Below are positions 19,702 to 28,358 of a stretch of 47,851 nucleotides of DNA, one piece after another. Source of the stretch: Candidatus Hydrogenedentota bacterium (lineage in GTDB: Bacteria; Hydrogenedentota; Hydrogenedentia; Hydrogenedentales; GCA-2746185). The DNA lies in contig JAYGCN010000113.1 of NCBI GenBank assembly GCA_046583315.1, positions 1-47,851 of the forward strand, written 5' to 3'. Every line of letters starts with the position of its first letter. Within the stretch, counting starts at the first letter, position 1. A model generated the notes under the pieces. The model made no database searches. It was not told where the DNA came from and saw only the letters and a program-made list of their open reading frames with translations. Both the position numbers and the translations under genes were made by a program.

Positions 19702-20991
19702 ATGTCCACCGAAGTTGCAACTCCAACACCGGGCCGAAAAACATACGAAACGACGCGCAAACGCGTGTTGTCCCGTCGTGGTGTCATGTGGTTGGGGCAG
19801 ACCTGTAACCTGCGCTGTTACTTCTGTTATTTTCTCAATCGCATCGATGACGCAAGCCATCCCGAACACCCCTTCATGACGCTGGATAAGGCCAAGGAGC
19901 TCTGCCACACGCTTCGGTATTATTACGGCGACACCGCCATCGACATTCAGGGTGGCGAACCCACCATTCATCCGGATATCCACGAATTGAATCGTTACTG
20001 CAACGAGATCGGCCTCTACCCGACGCTGATTACCAACGGGCTTGCATTGGCGAAAAAAGAGAAATTGCAGGAATTCAAAGATTCGGGGGTGCGTGATTTC
20101 CTGGTAAGCCTGCACGGCATCGACGATGTACACGACGAAGTCGTATGTCGCAAGGGTGCTTACACCAAAATCATTCAAGCCATCGAAAATATGGTTGAGC
20201 TCGATATTCCCTTTCGCTTCAACTGCACCATGTCTAAGCCCGTGGTTCCGCTGTTGCCACAGATCGCGCAAAAAGCGATCGACTATGGCGCGAACGCCGT
20301 AAACTTCATTGCCTTCAATCCCTTCGAAGATCAAGAGACCGGTATTCGAACGCACGAGAACGTACCCACTTATGGCGACATCAAGACGTCGCTGCACACG
20401 GCGATGGAAATGCTGGAGGAAGCGGGCATCGAATGCAACGTGCGCTATCTTCCCCTGTGCATGGCGGAAGAAAAGTATCGCAAGAATTTCTACAATTTCC
20501 AGCAGCTTCCCTATGATCATCACGAATGGAATTACGAGAGCTGGATGTGGACGGGCATGCAGCCGCAGCGCATGAAACCTTCCGAATTGAATCGCCCCTA
20601 CAAACTGGGACGTCTCGCGCGCCGACTGTATCGCTCCGACGCGAACAAAATTATTGAAATCGAGCGAGACCGTCCGATCAAGACCAAACTTTTCTACACC
20701 GCTCAGCGTGTGATCGCTGCGACGGGAAAATTAGTACTGGGAGAAGCCTATTGGTATCGCCGCGAAGCGAAACTTCGCGCGCTCCAGGATTTGCAATATG
20801 AGCATCACGAAAAGTGTCAGACCTGTAACCTGCGCAACATCTGCGATGGGTTTCATGGTGACTACGCGAAATTTTATGGAACGGATGAAGCGACCCCTGT
20901 CACAGACGGCCCGTTGATTAACGATCCATTGCATTACATCAATGCCCAGGAAAAAATTGTTGAAGAAGAGGACAAAGCCTGGGCGTTATAA
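19702..20991 (+). CDS. Radical SAM enzyme with C-terminal Cys cluster (paralogue 1)
   Basis: CNLRCYFC (CxxxCxxC), QGGEPT, ITNG, VSLHG, YLPLC and C-terminal CQTCNLRNIC. AAGAGG RBS. Confidence 0.92.
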   Translation: MSTEVATPTPGRKTYETTRKRVLSRRGVMWLGQTCNLRCYFCYFLNRIDDASHPEHPFMTLDKAKELCHTLRYYYGDTAIDIQGGEPTIHPDIHELNRYCNEIGLYPTLITNGLALAKKEKLQEFKDSGVRDFLVSLHGIDDVHDEVVCRKGAYTKIIQAIENMVELDIPFRFNCTMSKPVVPLLPQIAQKAIDYGANAVNFIAFNPFEDQETGIRTHENVPTYGDIKTSLHTAMEMLEEAGIECNVRYLPLCMAEEKYRKNFYNFQQLPYDHHEWNYESWMWTGMQPQRMKPSELNRPYKLGRLARRLYRSDANKIIEIERDRPIKTKLFYTAQRVIAATGKLVLGEAYWYRREAKLRALQDLQYEHHEKCQTCNLRNICDGFHGDYAKFYGTDEATPVTDGPLINDPLHYINAQEKIVEEEDKAWAL

Positions 20992-21021
20992 TCGTATCAA
21001 GCCGAAATTTGGAGAATTCTC

Positions 21022-22308
21022 ATGACAGTTGTGCCGGACACAATGCTTCCCCCGAAGCGCGAATATAAATCGACTCAGAAACGTACGCTGAATCGTCGTG
21101 GCGTGCTCTGGTTGGGGCAAACCTGCAATCTGCGTTGCTATTTCTGCTACTTCCTCAATCGTATCGCGGATACCGACCATCCCGAACATGATTTCATGAC
21201 GCTGGACAAAGCAAAAGAGATCTGCCGCACGCTTCGCTACACCTACGGCAACACCGCCATCGATATTCAGGGCGGCGAGCCGACCATTCTCCCGGACATT
21301 CTCGAACTCATTCGTTATTGCGATGAAATCGGGTTGTACCCCACCCTGATTACGAACGGCCTCGTGCTCGCCAAGAAAGAAAAGTTGCAGGAATTCAAAG
21401 ATGCCGGAATACGCGATTTTCTGGTGAGCCTTCACGGTATCGGCGATATTCACGATGAGGTCGTGTGCCGTAAAGGCGCCTACGTTAAAATCATCCAGGC
21501 CATCGAGAATATGCGCGAACTGGACGTACCCTTCCGCTTTAACTGCACCATGTCAAGTCCCGTCGTGCCACTGCTTCCAGAGATCGCGCAGAAAGCTATC
21601 GACTACGGTGCCAATGCAGTGAACTTCATCGCATTCAATCCTTTCGAAGACCAGGAAACAGGCATTCGTACCCATGACAATGTGCCCAAGTATGATGACA
21701 TCAAACCGATGCTCAGCCAGGCGATGGACATGCTCGAAGAAGCGAGCATCGAGTGCAACGTGCGCTACCTGCCCATGTGCGTCATCGATGAAAAATACCG
21801 GAAGAATTTCTACAACTTCCAACAACTCCCCTACGACCATCATGAATGGGATTACAACAGTTGGAACTGGACCGGTCTTCAACCGCAACGCATGAAACCA
21901 GAAAAACTGGTTCCGGCATTCTTGATAGGCCCCTTCGCGCGGGAGTTTCAATATCGCTACCCCGGCATCACGCGGCGATACTACGAACGCCCAATCCTGG
22001 GCAAGCTGGGCCTGGTCGCACAACACATTCTTTCACGCCTGGCAACGACGTTCCTTGGAAAAGACCGCTTCTACCATAAAGAAGGGGCGATTCGGGCCAA
22101 TCATGACGCGGGATACGAGCACATATCGGCGTGCAACACCTGCTCACTAATGGATGTCTGTGATGGATTTCACTGCGACTACACCGATCTCTTCGGCGAC
22201 GGAGAAGCGCAAGCCGTGAACCTCGCCAACTCGATTACCGATCCGCGTCACTACATTCGCGAACAGACGAAAATTGTTGAGGTCGAAGACGAGAGCTGGG
22301 CGTTGTAA
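21022..22308 (+). CDS. Radical SAM enzyme with C-terminal Cys cluster (paralogue 2)
   Basis: Same motifs as paralogue 1 (CNLRCYFC, QGGEPT, YLPMC, CNTCSLMDVC). GGAG RBS, 30 bp after paralogue 1. Confidence 0.92.
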   Translation: MTVVPDTMLPPKREYKSTQKRTLNRRGVLWLGQTCNLRCYFCYFLNRIADTDHPEHDFMTLDKAKEICRTLRYTYGNTAIDIQGGEPTILPDILELIRYCDEIGLYPTLITNGLVLAKKEKLQEFKDAGIRDFLVSLHGIGDIHDEVVCRKGAYVKIIQAIENMRELDVPFRFNCTMSSPVVPLLPEIAQKAIDYGANAVNFIAFNPFEDQETGIRTHDNVPKYDDIKPMLSQAMDMLEEASIECNVRYLPMCVIDEKYRKNFYNFQQLPYDHHEWDYNSWNWTGLQPQRMKPEKLVPAFLIGPFAREFQYRYPGITRRYYERPILGKLGLVAQHILSRLATTFLGKDRFYHKEGAIRANHDAGYEHISACNTCSLMDVCDGFHCDYTDLFGDGEAQAVNLANSITDPRHYIREQTKIVEVEDESWAL

Positions 22309-22325
22309 GTTGTCCGAACGTTGAC

Positions 22326-22910
22326 TTAACCGACCTCGGACGCGTTCGATACGATCTTCGTGACCAATCCGTATTCCACAGCTTCCTCGGCACTCATCCA
22401 GAAGTTACGCTCGGAATCCTTGGCAACTTTTTCTTCCGGTTGCCCGGTCTCCTGCGCAATCATCTCGTTGATGCGCTTGCGAATCTTGAGGATTTCCTGT
22501 GCCTCAATACGAATGTCAGAAGCCTGTCCCCCCGCACCACCACTGGGTTGGTGAATGAGGAAGCGTGTCCCAGGCAGCGAATAACGATGCTCTTTGGGCG
22601 CGGCGAAAAAAATGGGTACCGCGATACTCGCGACCCATCCCGCGCCAATGGTGATAATAGGGGATTCGATGAACTTCATCACATCATGAATGGCGTATCC
22701 CGAATCGACGTGGCCACCGGGTGACGTAACAAAAACTTTGATGGGATCGTGATTGTCCGCGTTCAGCGCGATGAGTTGAGAAATCACCTTCTGGGCAAGC
22801 TCCTGATCGACCTGACCGTTCACCAGCACCGTACGCGCTTTGAGAATAAGCCCCGCCATTCCCTCATCTTTTTTCTCGTCGTCGTCCTTCTTGTCTTCGT
22901 TGCTCCACAT
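22326..22910 (-). CDS. clpP: ATP-dependent Clp protease proteolytic subunit, Asn-triad type
   Basis: SPGG, GWVASI (catalytic Ser), IHQPSGG (His) and ERNFWMSAEEAVEYGL. Start taken at ATG 22910; 22931 is possible. Confidence 0.95.
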   Translation of the reverse strand: MWSNEDKKDDDEKKDEGMAGLILKARTVLVNGQVDQELAQKVISQLIALNADNHDPIKVFVTSPGGHVDSGYAIHDVMKFIESPIITIGAGWVASIAVPIFFAAPKEHRYSLPGTRFLIHQPSGGAGGQASDIRIEAQEILKIRKRINEMIAQETGQPEEKVAKDSERNFWMSAEEAVEYGLVTKIVSNASEVG

Positions 22911-23008
22911 AGAGTATTCGCCCCATCGCATGAATCTGCGGTTAGTTTCTTCAAAAATGGTGCCCCTATTGTGCCATTCGCACCGCGATCACTTCAAGAT
23001 TCCTACGA

Positions 23009-24646
23009 TTACGGCTCCGCTACAATCACCAAATTCGGCCGATACGGGGCTTCTTCCACACCGTCATACACGGTCTCGACCCAGCGGGCTTCCCTGGTCA
23101 CCCTGTAAACCCAAGTACCGTCGGGCCACCGATCCAGCATTGTCGCCATTGACCCATCGCTGTCTTCCTCCGCCTTCGAAACGATCTGCATGCCGATCCA
23201 GAGCCCATCCCCCACACGACGATCCAGAACGTCCCATTGGGCGATTTCCTTCTCGTACTCCATGTCGCCCAACAGAGCAGCATACACAAACGCGCGCACC
23301 TCGCGTGACCACGACTCCGGCAAATTCACCAATCCCGACTCCACCTTCATTCGAAGCAATACCAGCGCGGAACCCCGCTCCCCCAGACCAACCAGTGCGC
23401 GCTCGTAGGCAAATGTTTCCTCCGGAGTCGACAATGCCGTCACCGCGACGCGCAACTTGCTCAAGGTCAAGTCGAGCCGTTTCTCCAACACCGGATCGGT
23501 TTCCATCTCCGATATTGATCGGCCGGCCAGGGCCAATTCTTTTGATGCCCTATCCAAGGCATTGAGTTTGATCGACGCGCGCGCCATCCATTCGTAAATA
23601 CTTGCTTCACGCCTTGGATACACCTCTACTAATCGGACAGCCCTCTCATGCACGGCATCGAAACGATTATGATTCCAATCCGACTGCGCGACATAATCGA
23701 TGTTGCGACCATCCCGTTCATTGTCTGGAAACGCGGCGAGCATATTCGCAACAATCAGACCCGCGCACACAAGCGCCGGCACCGTAGGGAAGGATTCCTC
23801 CGAAGACGCGTCGCCATCCGGTAGCGCGTAGCCAGCCACCAAACCCAGCAGCACACCGTGATAGACATCCAGAGCACCCGGAACCAGACACCAATAAACG
23901 AAGCCGCCGATAAGGCTGCACGTAAGTACCGCTGGTAACGCGATGCTCTGCTTAGGTGTCACCCAGAGTTTCGCCGTGATCCGCGCAACCAACAAGAGTG
24001 TCAAGGCCACCGCAATCATCAGCAAAAATGAAGACGTTTCGACCAGAGATCCTGACCAATCGTAGGTACTATTTCGCAGCAGGAAAAACTTTCCTCCCAA
24101 TACGCCCAGGCATAGAAATACGCTGAAGAACGAGGCCGTGCGAAGCTCTGGAGCCAATGTCGATCCGAGCGTGATATACACGCCCCAGATGATTCCCAGT
24201 GCCAACAGAAAAAAACCATCTGAAACGAGGTAAGATCCGACGAAAGTAACATCGCCCGTCAGCGCATAACTGGTCGCCTCCATATCGAAACGCGACGCAT
24301 AATAATTCAACGCCGCCGTAGCCCCGGCACAGATGACCACCAGCAGCATCAGATGCTCAAGCTGCGAGCGACCTCTCACGTACTGCACCGCTACGATAAA
24401 CGCTATCAGTGGCGCAACAACATTCCACTCGCCCCTACTCCAGATCACAGCAACACCCGCAGCCAGCATCGGCCACCAATACTCAAGCGGAGTCCGAATC
24501 GGAAGTCTTCTCCACTGCCAGATCCACAACAAAAGAATCCCCGAGAGCAACACAGCGCCGAAACTCACATCGAGATACGGCACATAGGCATAAGCCTGGA
24601 GCGGACACGTCAGCACCATCCCGGCAAACAGCATGCGGCCCTTCAT
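23009..24646 (-). CDS. Polytopic membrane protein with helical C-terminal soluble domain, function unknown
   Basis: About 10 hydrophobic segments in the first ~310 aa, then an alpha-helical, TPR-like region. GGAG RBS. Confidence 0.75.
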   Translation of the reverse strand: MKGRMLFAGMVLTCPLQAYAYVPYLDVSFGAVLLSGILLLWIWQWRRLPIRTPLEYWWPMLAAGVAVIWSRGEWNVVAPLIAFIVAVQYVRGRSQLEHLMLLVVICAGATAALNYYASRFDMEATSYALTGDVTFVGSYLVSDGFFLLALGIIWGVYITLGSTLAPELRTASFFSVFLCLGVLGGKFFLLRNSTYDWSGSLVETSSFLLMIAVALTLLLVARITAKLWVTPKQSIALPAVLTCSLIGGFVYWCLVPGALDVYHGVLLGLVAGYALPDGDASSEESFPTVPALVCAGLIVANMLAAFPDNERDGRNIDYVAQSDWNHNRFDAVHERAVRLVEVYPRREASIYEWMARASIKLNALDRASKELALAGRSISEMETDPVLEKRLDLTLSKLRVAVTALSTPEETFAYERALVGLGERGSALVLLRMKVESGLVNLPESWSREVRAFVYAALLGDMEYEKEIAQWDVLDRRVGDGLWIGMQIVSKAEEDSDGSMATMLDRWPDGTWVYRVTREARWVETVYDGVEEAPYRPNLVIVAEP

Positions 24647-24792
24647 CGTGACTCCAGAATCGATCCTGATGCGACCTCGTTGCTGGGAGTCGAAATCGCG
24701 ACCCGCATTACACCCAGTAGCACTCCCATCATCACGAACAGTATTAACGCGATACGACGTTCACGTTTATGTTGAGCAAGAATGTCGATCAC
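24643..24792 (-). CDS. Small single-pass membrane protein, 49 aa (not in ORF track)
   Basis: GTG start overlaps the pabB stop (GTGA) and its TGA overlaps the next ATG (ATGA). Translation: MIDILAQHKRERRIALILFVMMGVLLGVMRVAISTPSNEVASGSILESR. Confidence 0.7.
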   Translation of the reverse strand: MIDILAQHKRERRIALILFVMMGVLLGVMRVAISTPSNEVASGSILESR

Positions 24793-26585
24793 TCCTGGTC
24801 ACCGTCGAAAGGGTCAAGCAAATCCACAGCCATCCATCGTCTCACAGAATTAACCAGCTTTACCTCATCTGCGCGTAGCAGGTCTTCACGCATCAAAACG
24901 CACTCCTCAATCGCGCCCTCGTTCAATAGTTGCGCGCGATACGTTCCAGCCAGTAACCCGCTGGACACCGGGGGCGTCTTCCACACGCCGTCAATTTTCG
25001 CGACGACATTGGCCCGCGTGCTTTCCGTCACTTCACCATCCTGATTCCACAAAATCACATCGTTCGCATCACACCCTTGTACCGCCAGGTCGTACGCGGT
25101 GCGATTCGTCGTTTTATGATACAAATAGACATCGAGACTATCCACTGGTTCACGCGCGAAGGCCACGCGAAGTGTCGGTTCAGGCGCTATCGGTTCGCAC
25201 CTACAAGTACTCTGTCCGTCTTGCGACAACAATAGCCGTACCTTTAGTTTCTCTTCCCCGCGGTTCTGAACAGTGCGCTTCAGCGTATATTTCACCCTGT
25301 CTTCATCAAACGGAAATCCGAAATAATCCGCACTCTGCTGCAATCGAAACAAATGACGCTCCAACAGGAAAAACTCGCCGTCCCACAGAAGCGATTCCAA
25401 CAACTCGAACTCCGGTCGCGCCTTCGTCACCAATTCCGCCTTCAAAAGACACTCCTGATACTCCCCCTCAGGCGACGAATCCCAGGTAATGGCGGCGCCC
25501 ACCGGATACACCAACTCTGCCTGCTCCGGCTGAAAGGTCGCCGTGCGAATTGCGACATTGAATTCCGCTTGTCGATTGGGCCCCCACCACCCCACCGCGC
25601 CACAATAGGCGCCGCGCGGCCCCTTTTCCAGTTCACGAATGATTTCAGACGTGCGAATTTTAGGCGCGCCCGTAACGGAGCCTGAAGGGAATAGCGCACG
25701 GAAGATCTCCGGGACGCTGGCCTGTGTTTTTGATGAAATGGTGGAGGTCATCTGCCAAAGCGTATCGTATCGCGCGACTTCGAAGAGTTTCTCAACCTGT
25801 ACCGAGCCTGTTTCGCTGATGCGGCCCATATCGTTGCGAAGTAGATCCACTATCATGATATTCTCCGCTCGATCTTTCGTCGATGCTTGAAGCTGTTCCG
25901 CCTGCTTCCGATCAGTCTCCACAGTAAGTCCTCGTGCGATCGTGCCCTTCATCGGTTTGGTAGTCAGCGTGTCACCGTCCAACGAAAAAAACAACTCCGG
26001 TGACGCAGACAACACATGATGATCCCCCGCGTGTATGTAGGCGCTATACTGGCCCCTTTGTGCGCGGCTGACGGCTCGAAACCACGCATAGGGATCGCCG
26101 TCGAAGCGAGCTGTCATAGGAAAGGTGTAGTTGACCTGATAGGTGTCGCCAGCGCCAATGTAATCGCGAATTCGGGCGATGGTCTCCGTAAATTCTTCCC
26201 GCGACACGCCCGGTGTCCACTTCAAGCGAGAGACCTCATCCGTCCGCGACTCCGGTAGGGTAGATTGAACTTCCTCGTATACTCCAAACCAGCAAAGCGG
26301 CGACGATCCGGAGTCAACCACACGCAACGCATCATCAAAAGCGCGCGACGCTTCGTAGGAAAGGTATCCCGCCACGTACAACCCTTCGGACTGCACGCAC
26401 GTATCGAGCGCTTCTAACAAAGGCATGACTTCTTCGATCCGATGGACGACATGAATCTCGACGGGATTGGTAAAAAATCGTTGTTCCGTCGTGGACAGTA
26501 GACACACATCTCCCTCGTTTCGTTGCGAAGCGATGGTCTCAGAACAAAGACCGCGGGTCGTCGTATCGGGTGCAATGGGAGCCAT
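24789..26585 (-). CDS. pabB: Aminodeoxychorismate synthase component I fused to class IV aminotransferase/ADC lyase-like domain
   Basis: GYLSYE, GDTYQVN, SPELFF, KPMKGT, AENIMIVDLLRND and FPSGSVTGAPK, then LERHL.RL, HKTTNR, GEVTES and GLLAGTYR. Start uncertain (26585 or 26603). Confidence 0.92.
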   Translation of the reverse strand: MAPIAPDTTTRGLCSETIASQRNEGDVCLLSTTEQRFFTNPVEIHVVHRIEEVMPLLEALDTCVQSEGLYVAGYLSYEASRAFDDALRVVDSGSSPLCWFGVYEEVQSTLPESRTDEVSRLKWTPGVSREEFTETIARIRDYIGAGDTYQVNYTFPMTARFDGDPYAWFRAVSRAQRGQYSAYIHAGDHHVLSASPELFFSLDGDTLTTKPMKGTIARGLTVETDRKQAEQLQASTKDRAENIMIVDLLRNDMGRISETGSVQVEKLFEVARYDTLWQMTSTISSKTQASVPEIFRALFPSGSVTGAPKIRTSEIIRELEKGPRGAYCGAVGWWGPNRQAEFNVAIRTATFQPEQAELVYPVGAAITWDSSPEGEYQECLLKAELVTKARPEFELLESLLWDGEFFLLERHLFRLQQSADYFGFPFDEDRVKYTLKRTVQNRGEEKLKVRLLLSQDGQSTCRCEPIAPEPTLRVAFAREPVDSLDVYLYHKTTNRTAYDLAVQGCDANDVILWNQDGEVTESTRANVVAKIDGVWKTPPVSSGLLAGTYRAQLLNEGAIEECVLMREDLLRADEVKLVNSVRRWMAVDLLDPFDGDQE

Positions 26586-26627
26586 GGCGCCATTGTAAAC
26601 CATGAAGCAAGAGCGAATCAGCTATTC

Positions 26628-27392
26628 CTAAGAAATGCGATAGAGGGTTGTGGCATTGGCAGCCGTCTGTTGGGCGAGAGACTCATACGAAACCTCCAAA
26701 AAGTCCGCCAGAAACTGGGCGGTGTGCTCCGTATAAGCAGGCTCGCATCGTTTTCCGCGTACTTTTTGTGGCGCAAGATAGGGCGCGTCCGTTTCAACGA
26801 GTAAACGGTCGAGGGGGACCTCCTTAGCGGCAATTCGTAACTCTTCGGCTTTTGGGAACGTGACGTTTCCGGCGAAGGAAATGTGAAACCCCCACTCCAC
26901 GCATTTCGCGACGAATTCCGGACTCCCTGCAAAACAATGCAAAACGCCACCACAGAGTCTGTCGGCATACTCATCAAGAATCGCACATAGATCGTCCGTG
27001 GACTCGCGATTGTGGATGACCACCGGCAAATTCAGATCGACGGCCAACTCCAATTGCCGACGAAACGCCGTCTCCTGCACGTCCCGAGGTGTGTCGTTGT
27101 ATTTGAAATAGTCCAGCCCCATTTCGCCCAGCGCGACGACATGATCGTGTTGTGCCATTTCTCGCAACCGGGCTTCCATCGCATCGTCGAGTGTCGCGGC
27201 ATAATAAGGGTGAACGCCAACGGTCGCATAAATTCGCGGGCGTAACAGCGCGAAGGCCCCCTCGCTCGTGGGCAAATCGTCGCCAATCACCACGAGCCAA
27301 TCCAAGACTTCAAGACTGCGCTCAATCACTGCCTCACGATCGTCATCAAACTTCGAATCTTGAATGTGGCAATGGGAATCAACGAGCGGCAT
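26628..27392 (-). CDS. tatD: TatD-family deoxyribonuclease
   Basis: DSHCH, GVHP, GEMGLDY, IHNRE, LHCF and VETDAPYLAP motifs. Confidence 0.95.
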   Translation of the reverse strand: MPLVDSHCHIQDSKFDDDREAVIERSLEVLDWLVVIGDDLPTSEGAFALLRPRIYATVGVHPYYAATLDDAMEARLREMAQHDHVVALGEMGLDYFKYNDTPRDVQETAFRRQLELAVDLNLPVVIHNRESTDDLCAILDEYADRLCGGVLHCFAGSPEFVAKCVEWGFHISFAGNVTFPKAEELRIAAKEVPLDRLLVETDAPYLAPQKVRGKRCEPAYTEHTAQFLADFLEVSYESLAQQTAANATTLYRIS

Positions 27393-27401
27393 GAATGAAG
27401 G

Positions 27402-28337
27402 CTACTTACGTCGACGACGGCGACGACGTTTACGAGGGCGATCCGAATCTCCCTCGGCACCTGGCGTCTTGGGCGCTTCGGTGGCATCACTCGCGGGCGC
27501 GGCATCTTTCTTGGGAGCGCTATCATCTCGTGGTCTGCGATCTTCACGCGGACGACGCTCGCGACCTCTCCGGTCGCGATTTTCTTCCTTGCGAATAATG
27601 GTCTCTGCGGCATCTTTGCCTTCAGATTCCATCTTGTCGCGAATGCCTTCGAGATCTTCCTTCTTCGGGGCTTCTTTCGGACGACTGCGTTTGGCGTGGC
27701 TATACTGGTCGTTTTCGTAACTCAGACAACACATAAGCCGTCCGCATTGACCGCTGATTTTTGTCGGGTTCAACGAAAGATTCTGCTTCTTCGCCATCTT
27801 CATGGATATCGGCATGAACTCTTTCATCCAGGTCGTGCAACACAGTTCACGACCGCAGGTGCCGATGCCACCAATAATCTTTGCTTCGTCGCGCACCTGG
27901 ATGTGACGCAACTCGATACGCGCTTTGAATTCCTGCGCGAGATCCTTGACGAGTTCGCGAAAATCCACGCGTTCTTCCGCTGTAAAATAGAAAATGACCT
28001 TCTTGCGGTCAAAGGAGTATTCGCATTCCACCAACTTCATCGCGAGTTTGCGCGACTTGATCTTCTCGATGCAAAGGCTACGCGCGCGTTTCTCATCACC
28101 CTTGATCTGGTCAAAGGTTTTCTCGTCATGATGAGAGGCCAGACGGACGACCGTGTTCGTGAATTTTCGAACCTCATCCGAGTTACACTCTTCGGGCGGC
28201 ACGACGCATTGTCCGAATTCGAGGCCACGCTCCGTTTTCACGACACACCGATCATGTCGATTGATGGGCAGATCCCGACTGAGAAATGTATATACACGGA
28301 GCGGCTTGCGCATCCGCATTTTTACCAATTGTGCCAT
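27402..28337 (-). CDS. ricT: PSP1/YaaT (RicT) Fe-S protein with basic disordered tail
   Basis: FYFTAEERVDFRELVKDL, RIELR, CGRELCC and KISGQCGRLMCCL motifs. Located after holB. Confidence 0.92.
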   Translation of the reverse strand: MAQLVKMRMRKPLRVYTFLSRDLPINRHDRCVVKTERGLEFGQCVVPPEECNSDEVRKFTNTVVRLASHHDEKTFDQIKGDEKRARSLCIEKIKSRKLAMKLVECEYSFDRKKVIFYFTAEERVDFRELVKDLAQEFKARIELRHIQVRDEAKIIGGIGTCGRELCCTTWMKEFMPISMKMAKKQNLSLNPTKISGQCGRLMCCLSYENDQYSHAKRSRPKEAPKKEDLEGIRDKMESEGKDAAETIIRKEENRDRRGRERRPREDRRPRDDSAPKKDAAPASDATEAPKTPGAEGDSDRPRKRRRRRRRK

Positions 28338-28358
28338 TCAATACTCCTGGCTCAAGCC

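Noticed and set aside
22961..22976. TGGCAC-N5-GGGCA as a sigma54 promoter for clpP
   Set aside because: The -12 element is poor, and a sigma70-type TTGAAG-N18-CACAAT explains the same bases.
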